Source: a virus
DNA: 64,000 nt
Strand: one strand, 5' to 3'
IMG/VR virus record: IMGVR_UViG_3300014501_000001
Coordinates: 49,097 to 113,096 of that record
Part shown: one piece after another, positions 1-8,676 of the stretch
How the letters are laid out: every line of letters starts with the position of its first letter
Numbering within the stretch: the first letter of the stretch is position 1
Notes under the pieces: generated by a model
The model's input: only the letters and a program-made list of their open reading frames with translations
Told to the model about the DNA's origin: nothing
The model's database searches: none
Translations under genes and position numbers: made by a program

Positions 1-1
1 T

Positions 2-241
2 GGCGGCTCAGCGGAGAAGTCAGGCAAGACCAGCGCCGAGATCCTCCGCGAGTACTGGACCCATGAAGGGCACCCCGGCCCCACGCAGTACGCCCTGGAA
101 GAGAAGATCCGCTGGGGCGAGAAAGACGACTGGTACCGCTGCGTGGACGAGCTAACGCCCTACATCGGCGAGGGTGCGCGTGGCTATTGCACGCTCAGGC
201 ACCACGAGGTCCTGGGTGCCTGGCCCGGACATCCGGTCTGA
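2..241 (+). CDS. 3' end of a head-morphogenesis gene (portal/MuF-associated domain), truncated by the window edge
   Basis: Frame 2 reads ...LREYWTHEG...KIRWGEKDDWYRCVDELTPYIGEGARGYCTLRHHEVLGAWPGHPV* with TGA at 239-241. The YW...KIRWG...RC...G.C...H...G.WPG motif recurs in actinophage head proteins. Confidence 0.6.
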   Translation, partial: GGSAEKSGKTSAEILREYWTHEGHPGPTQYALEEKIRWGEKDDWYRCVDELTPYIGEGARGYCTLRHHEVLGAWPGHPV

Positions 242-260
242 CGGCTAGGCGGGGGGTTGC

Positions 261-650
261 ATCGCCTATCAGGATGCTTACCCGCAATTCACCTACCGGA
301 TGGCCGCCGGCTCGCTCCAGGAACTCGCCTGCAACTTCGTGGTCAACTCCCCGGCTACGTCCGCACCGTGGCCGATCACCGGGGCTACCTGGGAGTATTG
401 CGTCCGGAATACGGCCACGGACACCGGCTCCCCGGTCTTCTCGATCACCACGACGGCGAACGCCTCGGGCGTCATCACGATCACGAACTCCGCATCGGTA
501 TCCCAGGCGCTCCTGTCGATCTACCCGGCAGCAACAGCGGCCCTGACGCCGGGGACCTACTTTCACTCGCTCTGGCAAAACCCCTCGACCGTCAACGCAT
601 ACGCCTGGTTTTCCGGCTCGCTGATCGTGTTCGGGACGCCGCAGCCGTGA
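261..650 (+). CDS. Hypothetical virion protein; probable ATC start at 261 (track start 300)
   Basis: The frame is open from the TAG at 246. A G-rich RBS precedes the ATC at 261. The product is Thr/Ser-rich and beta-strand-like. Confidence 0.65.
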   Translation: MAYQDAYPQFTYRMAAGSLQELACNFVVNSPATSAPWPITGATWEYCVRNTATDTGSPVFSITTTANASGVITITNSASVSQALLSIYPAATAALTPGTYFHSLWQNPSTVNAYAWFSGSLIVFGTPQP

Positions 651-663
651 GCGGGAGGCGGAT

Positions 664-2652
664 GTGAGCACCCCGTATGCGGCGAGCATCATCGTTTCCC
701 CTGCAGGGAACGGGCAGGCCGGGGTAACCATCTCACCAGGAGGACTGCCAGGGCCGTCAGCGCCGGGTACGTACTACCTGGATTCCTACACCGGATCCGA
801 TGACGCGAAGATGACGGCGGCCCTGACCGCCCTGTTCGCCGCCACCCCGGCGGGCGGGACGATCATCCTCGCGCCGCGTGCCTACAGCTGCTCGCTCCAG
901 TCGTGGGCGACGGCCTACAGCGCGGGCGTTGCCACGGCGGTGAAAATCCAGGGCGCCGGCGCGGGCTTCAACGGGGCGTGGGGCGCCCCGGAGGGTGCCA
1001 CGACCGTCACGTTCACCTACTCCGGCAGCGGCGCCGCGATGATGGATTTCCAGCACATCGGCACTATCGAGATATGCGGGATCCAGTTCATCCAGGCGAA
1101 CACCGGTAAGCCGTTTTTGCTGACCACGAACGCGACGCCGAACCTGCACGACAACGTGTGGTCCGGCGGCGGCACCGGGGTCACCTGCGCGACGGACGCG
1201 ATCGTGCTCGGCGGTACCGGGACCACGGTCGGCTCCGGCGACACCGCCCCGTACCAGGGCTATCAGGGCGACATCTACCGCAACTTCTTCGACGGCATCC
1301 GCCGCCCGGTGCTGTTCCAGGAGTACGCGAACTCCGTCCAGGTCCACGGCAACACCATCTCGCTGACCTGCGGCAGCAACCTCTACCAGGGCTCCGCGTT
1401 CGAGATGCTGGGGTCGGGCAGCGGCTCCTGCTCGGGCAACGCGGTGTACGGCAACTGCATCGAGTGCACGCACTATTCGTTTGCCGTCCGGGCGCAGTAT
1501 GCCGTGGGCAACACGCTCGGCCCGAACGGGCTGTTCGACATGTCAACCCCGTGGATCGCCGGCTACTACCTGGGGCCGAACGCGGGCTCTAACGAGGTCA
1601 TCGACGGGGAGCGCACTACGGTCAGTGCCCCGCTGTGCTGGGACCTGAGTCCCGGCTCGAACAACCGGCAGCGGAACGCGGCGCGCGGCTCCGGGCAGTA
1701 CGAGCGCTTCAGTACCCCGGTGGGCTTCTACGGCACGGCAGGACCGCCGCAGAGCTTCTACTTCGGCCAGGGCGTCATCGGGGTCGAGAAGACCGGCAAC
1801 CAGGCTTACTGGGAGACCCTGCCGGGAGTCAATCCGTACCCGCAGGTGGCGCTGTTCACGATCGCCGCCACCCAGTTCACTGACGGTAACCTGGTCAGCG
1901 GCTCGCAGTGGGTCACCAGCCTGACCGCCGCTTTCGCCCTCGCCGACGTGGGCCAGGCCATCGGCGCGACCGGGATCCCGTCGCAGACCCAGATCATGCT
2001 GACGGTCACCGCGACCACCGCATTCCCGTGGCAGGCGTCCCGCGCCTACGCGGCCGGGGACGTGATCCGGCCGGCCAGCGCGAACGCTCACCTGTACCAG
2101 TGCGCCGTCGCCGGGACCACTGCTGCCAGCCAGCCCGTGTTCCCCGTCAACGGCAGCACGGTCACTGACGGCGGCGTGACCTGGCAGGATCTCGGCACCT
2201 CGGCCGCCTGCTGCATCAGCAACCCGGCGACCGCGACCGCTAGCGGCGTCACGATCGGCATCTCCCGGGCAGCCGGGACCAGTACCGAGGTCATCGCGTT
2301 CGAGCGGACCCACATCCGCAGTCAGGGCAGCGCGCCGTCCGGGGCTGCCGGTGCCGGGGCGGGCTCATCGCCGTCCGCGATATCGGCCACGGGCACTGAC
2401 CTGGCCTTCACGTTCAGTATCACGACGGGCGGATCCGGGACCGCCGCCGGCGCGATGTTCTCGGTGGCGCCGGCGCTCGGCTGGACGGCGGCGCCGCACT
2501 TCACCATGACGGCCGGGAACTCCGCGACGGCTTCCCTGATGGCGGGCGGGTTCTGGCTGACGACCACCGGCGGCGGCACCGTGACGGCGAGCTTCGTGAA
2601 CGCCCCGGTGATCTCCACCGCCTACGTGTTCGCCTTCACGGCCATCCAGTAG
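664..2652 (+). CDS. Fibre/depolymerase-like virion protein (beta-helix plus carbohydrate-binding-like module)
   Basis: Pectin-lyase-like start (DDAKMTAAL...GGTIILAPRAY), Asn-ladder repeats, and a WQASRAYAAGDVIRP...YQCAVAGTT...VTDGGVTW module. Confidence 0.7.
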   Translation: MSTPYAASIIVSPAGNGQAGVTISPGGLPGPSAPGTYYLDSYTGSDDAKMTAALTALFAATPAGGTIILAPRAYSCSLQSWATAYSAGVATAVKIQGAGAGFNGAWGAPEGATTVTFTYSGSGAAMMDFQHIGTIEICGIQFIQANTGKPFLLTTNATPNLHDNVWSGGGTGVTCATDAIVLGGTGTTVGSGDTAPYQGYQGDIYRNFFDGIRRPVLFQEYANSVQVHGNTISLTCGSNLYQGSAFEMLGSGSGSCSGNAVYGNCIECTHYSFAVRAQYAVGNTLGPNGLFDMSTPWIAGYYLGPNAGSNEVIDGERTTVSAPLCWDLSPGSNNRQRNAARGSGQYERFSTPVGFYGTAGPPQSFYFGQGVIGVEKTGNQAYWETLPGVNPYPQVALFTIAATQFTDGNLVSGSQWVTSLTAAFALADVGQAIGATGIPSQTQIMLTVTATTAFPWQASRAYAAGDVIRPASANAHLYQCAVAGTTAASQPVFPVNGSTVTDGGVTWQDLGTSAACCISNPATATASGVTIGISRAAGTSTEVIAFERTHIRSQGSAPSGAAGAGAGSSPSAISATGTDLAFTFSITTGGSGTAAGAMFSVAPALGWTAAPHFTMTAGNSATASLMAGGFWLTTTGGGTVTASFVNAPVISTAYVFAFTAIQ

Positions 2653-2660
2653 GGGGGCGC

Positions 2661-2909
2661 ATGGGCACTCTTGTCACAGGCGCCGGGGCGGCAAACACCG
2701 TCTGCGCGGTCCAGCCGGGGATGCACGTGAAGCCTGTTGTCCTGGTGAGCTTCGCGGGCGTGATGGTCACCGCCGGGACCGCTACCACGAGCGCGCCGGG
2801 GCTGGTCACGGGCGCTGGCGCGGCCAACGCGGCCGTCCAGGTCCAGCCCGGCATGAAGGTTCTCCCCGTGATCGTCGTGGATGGCACCGGGGCCTACGTC
2901 TACGCATAG
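2661..2909 (+). CDS. Small virion protein made of two copies of a TGAGA.N....QPGM motif
   Basis: Internal duplication is visible. RBS GGGGGG precedes the ATG. Confidence 0.75.
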   Translation: MGTLVTGAGAANTVCAVQPGMHVKPVVLVSFAGVMVTAGTATTSAPGLVTGAGAANAAVQVQPGMKVLPVIVVDGTGAYVYA

Positions 2910-2950
2910 CCCCCGGCCCGTCCTGCCCGTTCCCAGATCCACGGAGGTGC

Positions 2951-4537
2951 ATGACAGGGAGCCTTGCCACGGGTGCGGGTGCACCAAATACCGTTGTTGA
3001 AATCCAGCCCGGAATGCTGGTCCAGGCTGTCACATTGGTTGACGAATCGGGCAACCCGGTCACCCCCGGCGGCGGGACCGCGACCGCGCTGGCCACCCTG
3101 ACGACGCCCGTTAACGTCTCGGGTGCGACCGCGCCGACAGCGAATCAGGTCCTGACCGCCGTCAGCGCCTCGGTGGCCACCTGGCAGGCGTCATCCTCGG
3201 GGTTCGCTAACCCGATGACGACCCAGGGTGACCTGATCTACGAGAACGCCACCCCGGCAGCGGCCCGTCTCGCGGGCCCCACGTCGGCGACGAGGCAGTA
3301 CCTCCAGTCCACCGGCACCGGGGCAGCGCCGCAGAACCCGGCCTGGGGCACCATCGCCGCCGGCGACGTCCCCACCCTGAACCAAAACACGACGGGCACG
3401 GCGCTCAACGTGACCGGAACCGTCGCTACCACGAACGGCGGCACGGGCGTAGCGGCGGCAAGCGCTGCCGCCGCCTTCAACGCCCTGTCGCCGCTGACGA
3501 CTGCCGGTGACACCCTCTACGGCGGCACGTCCGGGGCGGGCACGCGGCTGGCGGGGCCGGCTGCGGCAACGAAGAACTTCCTGACCAGCACGGGAACCGG
3601 CTCAGCGGCGCAGGCGCCAGCGTGGGCAACTATCGTCTCCGGTGACCTCCCCGGTGCCACCACGTCAGCCCAGGGCGCGGTCGTCTTCGACGGGACCGCA
3701 GGCGATATCCAGCCGGTAGGCACCCAGGCAGCGGGCGCGGTCGGCAAGGCCGCCGACGCGGGCCATGTCCACGGCCCGGCGTTCTTCGCCCAGTACACCG
3801 CGACGCCGGGCACGCAGCCCACCCTCGCGACGGGAACGTACGAGCTGACAGCCGTGGGCGCCGGCGGCGGCGGTTCCGGCGGAGGCACGTCCTCCAACGC
3901 GGCCACCCAGTCGGGCGGCGCCGGCGGCGGCTCGGGGGCGACTGCCCGCATGATCGCCGTCCTGGGGTCCGCGACGACGCTGACCGTCACCATCGGGGCG
4001 GGCGGCGGCGGCGGGGCGGGCGGCGCGGCGAATGGCGCCCCCGGCTCGCAGGGCGCTAACGGCGCCAGCACCACCATCACCGGGACCGGTGTTTCCCTTA
4101 CGGCTTTCGGCGGGTCGCCGGGGCGCCACGCGACCACCAACTCGGCTGCGGCGGCGAACGGCGGCGGCTGGGGCGGCGGCAGTTACAACACGCAGAACGT
4201 GGCCAATGCGTCGCCGCCTGGCAGCGGCCAGGCGTCGGCGGCAGGCGGCACCTCGGGCGGCGGCGCCCCGGTTGACCTCGCGGGCGGCGGCGGCGGCGCG
4301 GGCGGCTCCGCGAATGCCACGCTCGGCGGCGGCGCCGGCGGTCCCGGGCTGGCGAGCGCCGGCGGCCTGGTCGGCACCGACAACACGTCCGGCACCACGT
4401 CAGGCGGCACGGCTGCCACCGCTACCACGATCGGCGCCGGGGGCGGCGGCGGCGGTGGCGGCGCTAACACGACCGGCACGGGCGGCACTGGCGGTACTGG
4501 CGGTCCCGGCTTCGCGATGATCCGCCGCATAGCCTGA
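2951..4537 (+). CDS. Glycine-rich fibre protein
   Basis: RBS GGAGG, PMTTQGDLIY/PLTTAGDTLY shaft repeats and a C-terminal Gly-rich domain. Confidence 0.75.
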   Translation: MTGSLATGAGAPNTVVEIQPGMLVQAVTLVDESGNPVTPGGGTATALATLTTPVNVSGATAPTANQVLTAVSASVATWQASSSGFANPMTTQGDLIYENATPAAARLAGPTSATRQYLQSTGTGAAPQNPAWGTIAAGDVPTLNQNTTGTALNVTGTVATTNGGTGVAAASAAAAFNALSPLTTAGDTLYGGTSGAGTRLAGPAAATKNFLTSTGTGSAAQAPAWATIVSGDLPGATTSAQGAVVFDGTAGDIQPVGTQAAGAVGKAADAGHVHGPAFFAQYTATPGTQPTLATGTYELTAVGAGGGGSGGGTSSNAATQSGGAGGGSGATARMIAVLGSATTLTVTIGAGGGGGAGGAANGAPGSQGANGASTTITGTGVSLTAFGGSPGRHATTNSAAAANGGGWGGGSYNTQNVANASPPGSGQASAAGGTSGGGAPVDLAGGGGGAGGSANATLGGGAGGPGLASAGGLVGTDNTSGTTSGGTAATATTIGAGGGGGGGGANTTGTGGTGGTGGPGFAMIRRIA

Positions 4538-4612
4538 CCGCCCTCTTAGCGATCTTCGTTTCTTCCCTTCTGCCGCCACGGCGGTGTACCCGATCTGCAT
4601 CCACGGAGGTGC

Positions 4613-7303
4613 ATGGCAGCCACACTGACCGCCGGCAACGACCTTGCTTTCGCGAGTTTTCCCATCGAAAAGTGGGAGGACGGCCCGGACGGCTCGGTCT
4701 ACGTCTACGGGAAGGCATCGACGCCCGAGATCGACACGGACGATCAGGTGGTCTCGCCCGATTTCTCGGGCCCGGCTCTCAAGCAGTGGATGGAAGCGCC
4801 CGCGCTCCGGGTGAACCATCAGGCCCGCCGCGACCCGGCCGGATCGGGCATTCACGTCGAGATTGACCGGGATGGCGACGGCGCCCACTGGGTGAAGTCG
4901 ATCGTGGCCGAGAAGGAAGCGGTCCGGCTGGTCAAGGGCGGCCACCTGCGCGCCTACTCCATCGGCATCGCCCGGCCCGTCATCGAGCGCGACATGACCG
5001 GGAAGGCGCGCGGCGGCATCATCACGGGCGGCGTCATCGCCGAGGTCAGCCTGGTCGATTCGCCCGCGAACAGGTCATGTTTCCTAGAACTGGTCAAAGC
5101 GGACAAGAACGGCGACGCGCAGTGGTCCGGCAAGGTGTTCGGCGCTGACGACTTCCTCGCCAAGGACGCCGCCCCGGACCTGATCAAGGGCACCGTCTCC
5201 TTCTCCCCTGATGACCTCGCCAAGCTTCTCCAGCACCGCAAGGTCGCCGAGGAGCGCGAAGCGGAAGTCACCAAGGCGGCGGCGGGAGCCGACGAGGCCG
5301 GCGGCGACAACGCTGCGGCTGACCAGGAGGACGAGTCCGGCAACGCCGACATGGAGAACGCCGACGACACGGACGCGCCGAAGGCAGCGGAGCCGGACGC
5401 GGCAGAGGTTGCCGTGGCCGATGCGGTGAAGGCGGTAGAGGTCGCCGTCTACAAGCGGGACGTCTCCGCAGCGGAGCGCAAGGAACTCGCCGGCAAGGGC
5501 CACGCGCTCAAGGACGGTTCCTACCCGATCGCCAACGCCGAGGATCTGGGCAACGCGGCGATCCTGGCCCGCTCCGGTCACGGTGACGTGGCAGCCGCGA
5601 AGGCGCTGATCGCCAAGCGCGCGAGTGAACTGGGCGTGGCCAACCCGCTCGACGACGACGCGGAGAAGGCCGCCACGGCCGATGACGCGCCCGCCGTTCC
5701 TGTCGCTGACAAGGCCGCGAAGCCGAAGATGGCGTGCCCGTCGTGCGGCAAGAAGTCCGGGGCGAAGAACCCGTTCTGCTTCAAGTGCGGCAAGAAGATG
5801 ACCCCGGACACCGATGACAAGGCCGACAAGGCCGCATCCCCGACGCCCGCCGATGGCGTGAAGGACGCGCCGCCGGCCGAGCCCGTCACCCCGCACCGGG
5901 AGCCTGACGGGGTGGCGATGGAACAGCTCGAGGACGACGCGCACCTGGAGGGCGGCAACCCGGACGAGGGCGGCGAGCGCGCGGCCGAGGCCGCCGTAGC
6001 GCCTCCCGCAGCCGAGGACGCCCAGGTGGGCAAGACGGCCGGCTCCGAGGCCGCGTCGTGGCGGATCAGGGAGGCCGGCGCCTCGTGGGGCGAGGGGATC
6101 CTGCATGATTTCCTGTGCCCCGCGTTCTCCCCGGACGCGACCGCGAAGTCCTACCCCGGCCAGACCCTCGCCGCCGTCGCGGACCCGGCGGAATGGCAGT
6201 CGAAGGCACTGTCGGCCGCGATCGACGCCCCGATCCCGGAGGCGGGCAAGGCGCAGCGCCGCTGGCAGGATGCCCTGACCATCGCCGGCACGGACGCCGA
6301 GACGGTCACGGGCCTGCGCTGGGAGGCGCACAAGGCGTTCGCCGACGCGAACCCCGGCCCCTCCGCGTACCCGACTCCGGGCGAGTTGCGCCCGCAGTCG
6401 TTCCGGCGCCCGATCCTCACTGACGGGCAGTCCCCGAGCCCGGCGGCGTCCGGCGCCAGCCCGTCGCACATCACGGCCGATCACATCTCGGCTACGGACT
6501 TCACCCGCGGCCCGCTCACCGGAGGCCAGGAAGCCTCCAGCGAGCCAGAGGGAGACAACGGCTCCCAGGGCGTCCCGTCAGTGCCGGGGAAGCCGCAGCG
6601 GACCTTCTACCGCAACACGAGCCGCGACGGCGCCAGGGCCGCGATGGCGTCCATGCACGACCACATCGCGGGAACGTTCCCCGACCTGTGCCCCATGCAC
6701 GGGCCCGGGATGGGCGGCCAGCCGCCGGCGGGCGCGCGTCCCGTCCCGGTGCCGGGAACCCGGAAGGCAGAGGACGAGCCGGAGGTTGTCAAGGCAGCGG
6801 CGCCGGCAGGCAAGCCGGCCAAGGTGGCGTGCCCGTGCGGCAAGAAGGCCCGTCCCGGCAAGTTCTGCCCCGGCTGCGGCGAGAAGATGCCGATGAAGGG
6901 CGGCATGGCTGCCAAGGCAGCGGACCCGCTGCCCGCCGTCGCCGCGCTCCCGGTCCCGTCGCTGGACGCCGCGGCGCTCCAGGCAGCCGTCGAGAAGGCC
7001 ATCGCCCCTCTCGCCGCCAGGCTTGAGCAGCAGGGCGATCTCATCGACCAGATGGCCTCTGCCCCTGACCCCCGCTATGCCCCGTTCAAGGCCGTGGCTG
7101 CCGGCGGGGTGCTCCCGAAGGCCCTCCAGCCGGCCCCGGCGGTACCTGAGCGGAGCGCCGTGGAGAAGGCAGCCAGCAACGTGCAGGAAACCCTCCTGCG
7201 CGACCTCCAGTACCAGGCCCGCAACGACCCGGACCCCGGCAGGCGGGAAGTCGCCTGGCAGGAGCTGACCAGGCTGCTGAACGTCGCGGGCGGCACGCGG
7301 TAG
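4613..7303 (+). CDS. Prohead protease (HK97-type) fused to scaffold-like region with two zinc ribbons
   Basis: Protease motifs VYGKAST, VNHQ, YSIG and EVSLVDSPAN; a HALKDGSYPI motif; two CxxC/CxC ribbons; position upstream of the capsid gene. Confidence 0.85.
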   Translation: MAATLTAGNDLAFASFPIEKWEDGPDGSVYVYGKASTPEIDTDDQVVSPDFSGPALKQWMEAPALRVNHQARRDPAGSGIHVEIDRDGDGAHWVKSIVAEKEAVRLVKGGHLRAYSIGIARPVIERDMTGKARGGIITGGVIAEVSLVDSPANRSCFLELVKADKNGDAQWSGKVFGADDFLAKDAAPDLIKGTVSFSPDDLAKLLQHRKVAEEREAEVTKAAAGADEAGGDNAAADQEDESGNADMENADDTDAPKAAEPDAAEVAVADAVKAVEVAVYKRDVSAAERKELAGKGHALKDGSYPIANAEDLGNAAILARSGHGDVAAAKALIAKRASELGVANPLDDDAEKAATADDAPAVPVADKAAKPKMACPSCGKKSGAKNPFCFKCGKKMTPDTDDKADKAASPTPADGVKDAPPAEPVTPHREPDGVAMEQLEDDAHLEGGNPDEGGERAAEAAVAPPAAEDAQVGKTAGSEAASWRIREAGASWGEGILHDFLCPAFSPDATAKSYPGQTLAAVADPAEWQSKALSAAIDAPIPEAGKAQRRWQDALTIAGTDAETVTGLRWEAHKAFADANPGPSAYPTPGELRPQSFRRPILTDGQSPSPAASGASPSHITADHISATDFTRGPLTGGQEASSEPEGDNGSQGVPSVPGKPQRTFYRNTSRDGARAAMASMHDHIAGTFPDLCPMHGPGMGGQPPAGARPVPVPGTRKAEDEPEVVKAAAPAGKPAKVACPCGKKARPGKFCPGCGEKMPMKGGMAAKAADPLPAVAALPVPSLDAAALQAAVEKAIAPLAARLEQQGDLIDQMASAPDPRYAPFKAVAAGGVLPKALQPAPAVPERSAVEKAASNVQETLLRDLQYQARNDPDPGRREVAWQELTRLLNVAGGTR

Positions 7304-7324
7304 GCAATCACCAAAGGAGGAAGC

Positions 7325-7564
7325 GTGATGACCATTCTCGATGGCGCCGAGTCGCCCCCGCGCGCCTGGAAGATCGGCCGCTACACGTTCCAGCACGAGG
7401 TCTACCCTCCCGGCGCTCCCCGGCGCTCCTGGTCCTGCGGCGTCCGGTACGGCCCGGCGGGGCCTGTTGGCGCGGGCGGTCGCAAGTCGCCGCTCTCGGC
7501 GCTTCTTGCCGCTCGCCGCTTCGAGCGCGAATGCGTTGCCGCCACGGCGGCCGGTCATGCGTGA
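7325..7564 (+). CDS. Hypothetical protein
   Basis: RBS AAAGGAGG; overlaps the next gene. Confidence 0.6.
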   Translation: MMTILDGAESPPRAWKIGRYTFQHEVYPPGAPRRSWSCGVRYGPAGPVGAGGRKSPLSALLAARRFERECVAATAAGHA

Positions 7565-7859
7565 GGGATGGCGCTGCCCGGCGTGCTCGCGGATCAACTC
7601 GCCGGACCTGGACTGGTGCCCGTGCTCGGGCGGCAGCGCAGGCGTGATGGCCCCCGCAACGCCCGTCTACCCGGGCACGTCAGGCGGCACGACGACCTTC
7701 ACGTCCGGCGGGGCAGGCGGTTCCGGCGGCGGCGGCGTGCCGGGCATTACCGTCACCTACCACGTGGCCGGCAGCGTAGTCACCGAGCAGGAACTAGCCC
7801 GCCAGATCCGCAAGAGCGCGCTGGCGCGGACCCTGCGCAACACGGGCCGCGCAGCCTGA
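7557..7859 (+). CDS. Small zinc-ribbon protein with tape-measure-like C-terminus
   Basis: MREGWRCPACSRINSP...CPC; the C-terminal HVAGSVVTEQELAR matches the end of the tape measure protein. Confidence 0.7.
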   Translation: MREGWRCPACSRINSPDLDWCPCSGGSAGVMAPATPVYPGTSGGTTTFTSGGAGGSGGGGVPGITVTYHVAGSVVTEQELARQIRKSALARTLRNTGRAA

Positions 7860-7977
7860 CCCGCAAACGTCCCTTTCAGCGGTGCTGAGAGGTAACGACT
7901 GCCCGAGCGCGGCGCGCACGGGCCAGACCCCATAGGAGACAACAAGAACGCAACTACCAGCACCCAATAAGGAGTGC

Positions 7978-8676
7978 ATGGCGGACATTCTCGAAGCAAC
8001 GATCGCCCCGGCTGACCAGCTCAGCCCCACGGGCGCAGAGGTCGCCGGCAACGTCGCGCAGTTCTCCCGCACGGGGGAAATGCTGAAGGCCCGGCTCCCG
8101 AACCTCGTCAAGGGAGCAGGCTACGCCGGGACCGGCAACGCCCCCCTCACCGACGAGATCCAGATCATGACCAAGGCATCCCAGGCCGCTATCGACCTGC
8201 GGCAGGCAACCTGGGACGGCATCACCGACAAGCCGGCCGTGGTCAAGGGCATGAACCAGGGGTTCCTGAACCAGTTCGGGTACCTGAAGACGGCCCTGAC
8301 GGCCCCGTCGCTGATGGACACCCTCGCGGGTGTCTTCGGGCAGATGCCCGGCGGCAGCGAGGCGTTCAAGAATTTCACGGCCGGCAATCTCGGGGTGGGG
8401 TCGGTGTACGGTTTGGTGCCGTTTGACCTCATGCGACCGAGTCGTCTGATCTACCCGGTATATACCGTTTTCCGCAACAAATTCCCACGGCCCCAGGGCC
8501 AGGGCACGAGCGCGCAGGAACGGGTCATCACCGGCATCTCTGGCAGCCAGACCGGCGGCCAGGGTGTCCTCGACGTGTCCATCACCGAGCTGGTTCAGAG
8601 CGGCGGTACGTTCTCGAACTGGCCCCTCAACCTGCCGCCTTCGGGCTCGCAGACTGAGGTCTTCCTCAATGTGCCT
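7978..8676 (+). CDS. Major capsid protein, exon 1 (233 codons)
   Basis: RBS TAAGGAG; capsid-like FRNKFPR..GQG motif; ends ...LNVP at the U8676-G8688 wobble of intron P1. Confidence 0.9.

Noticed and set aside
7881-7964. Hammerhead ribozyme or known riboswitch in the capsid leader
   Set aside because: CTGAGAG does not fit CUGANGA, there is no properly placed GAAA, and no riboswitch consensus was recognised.
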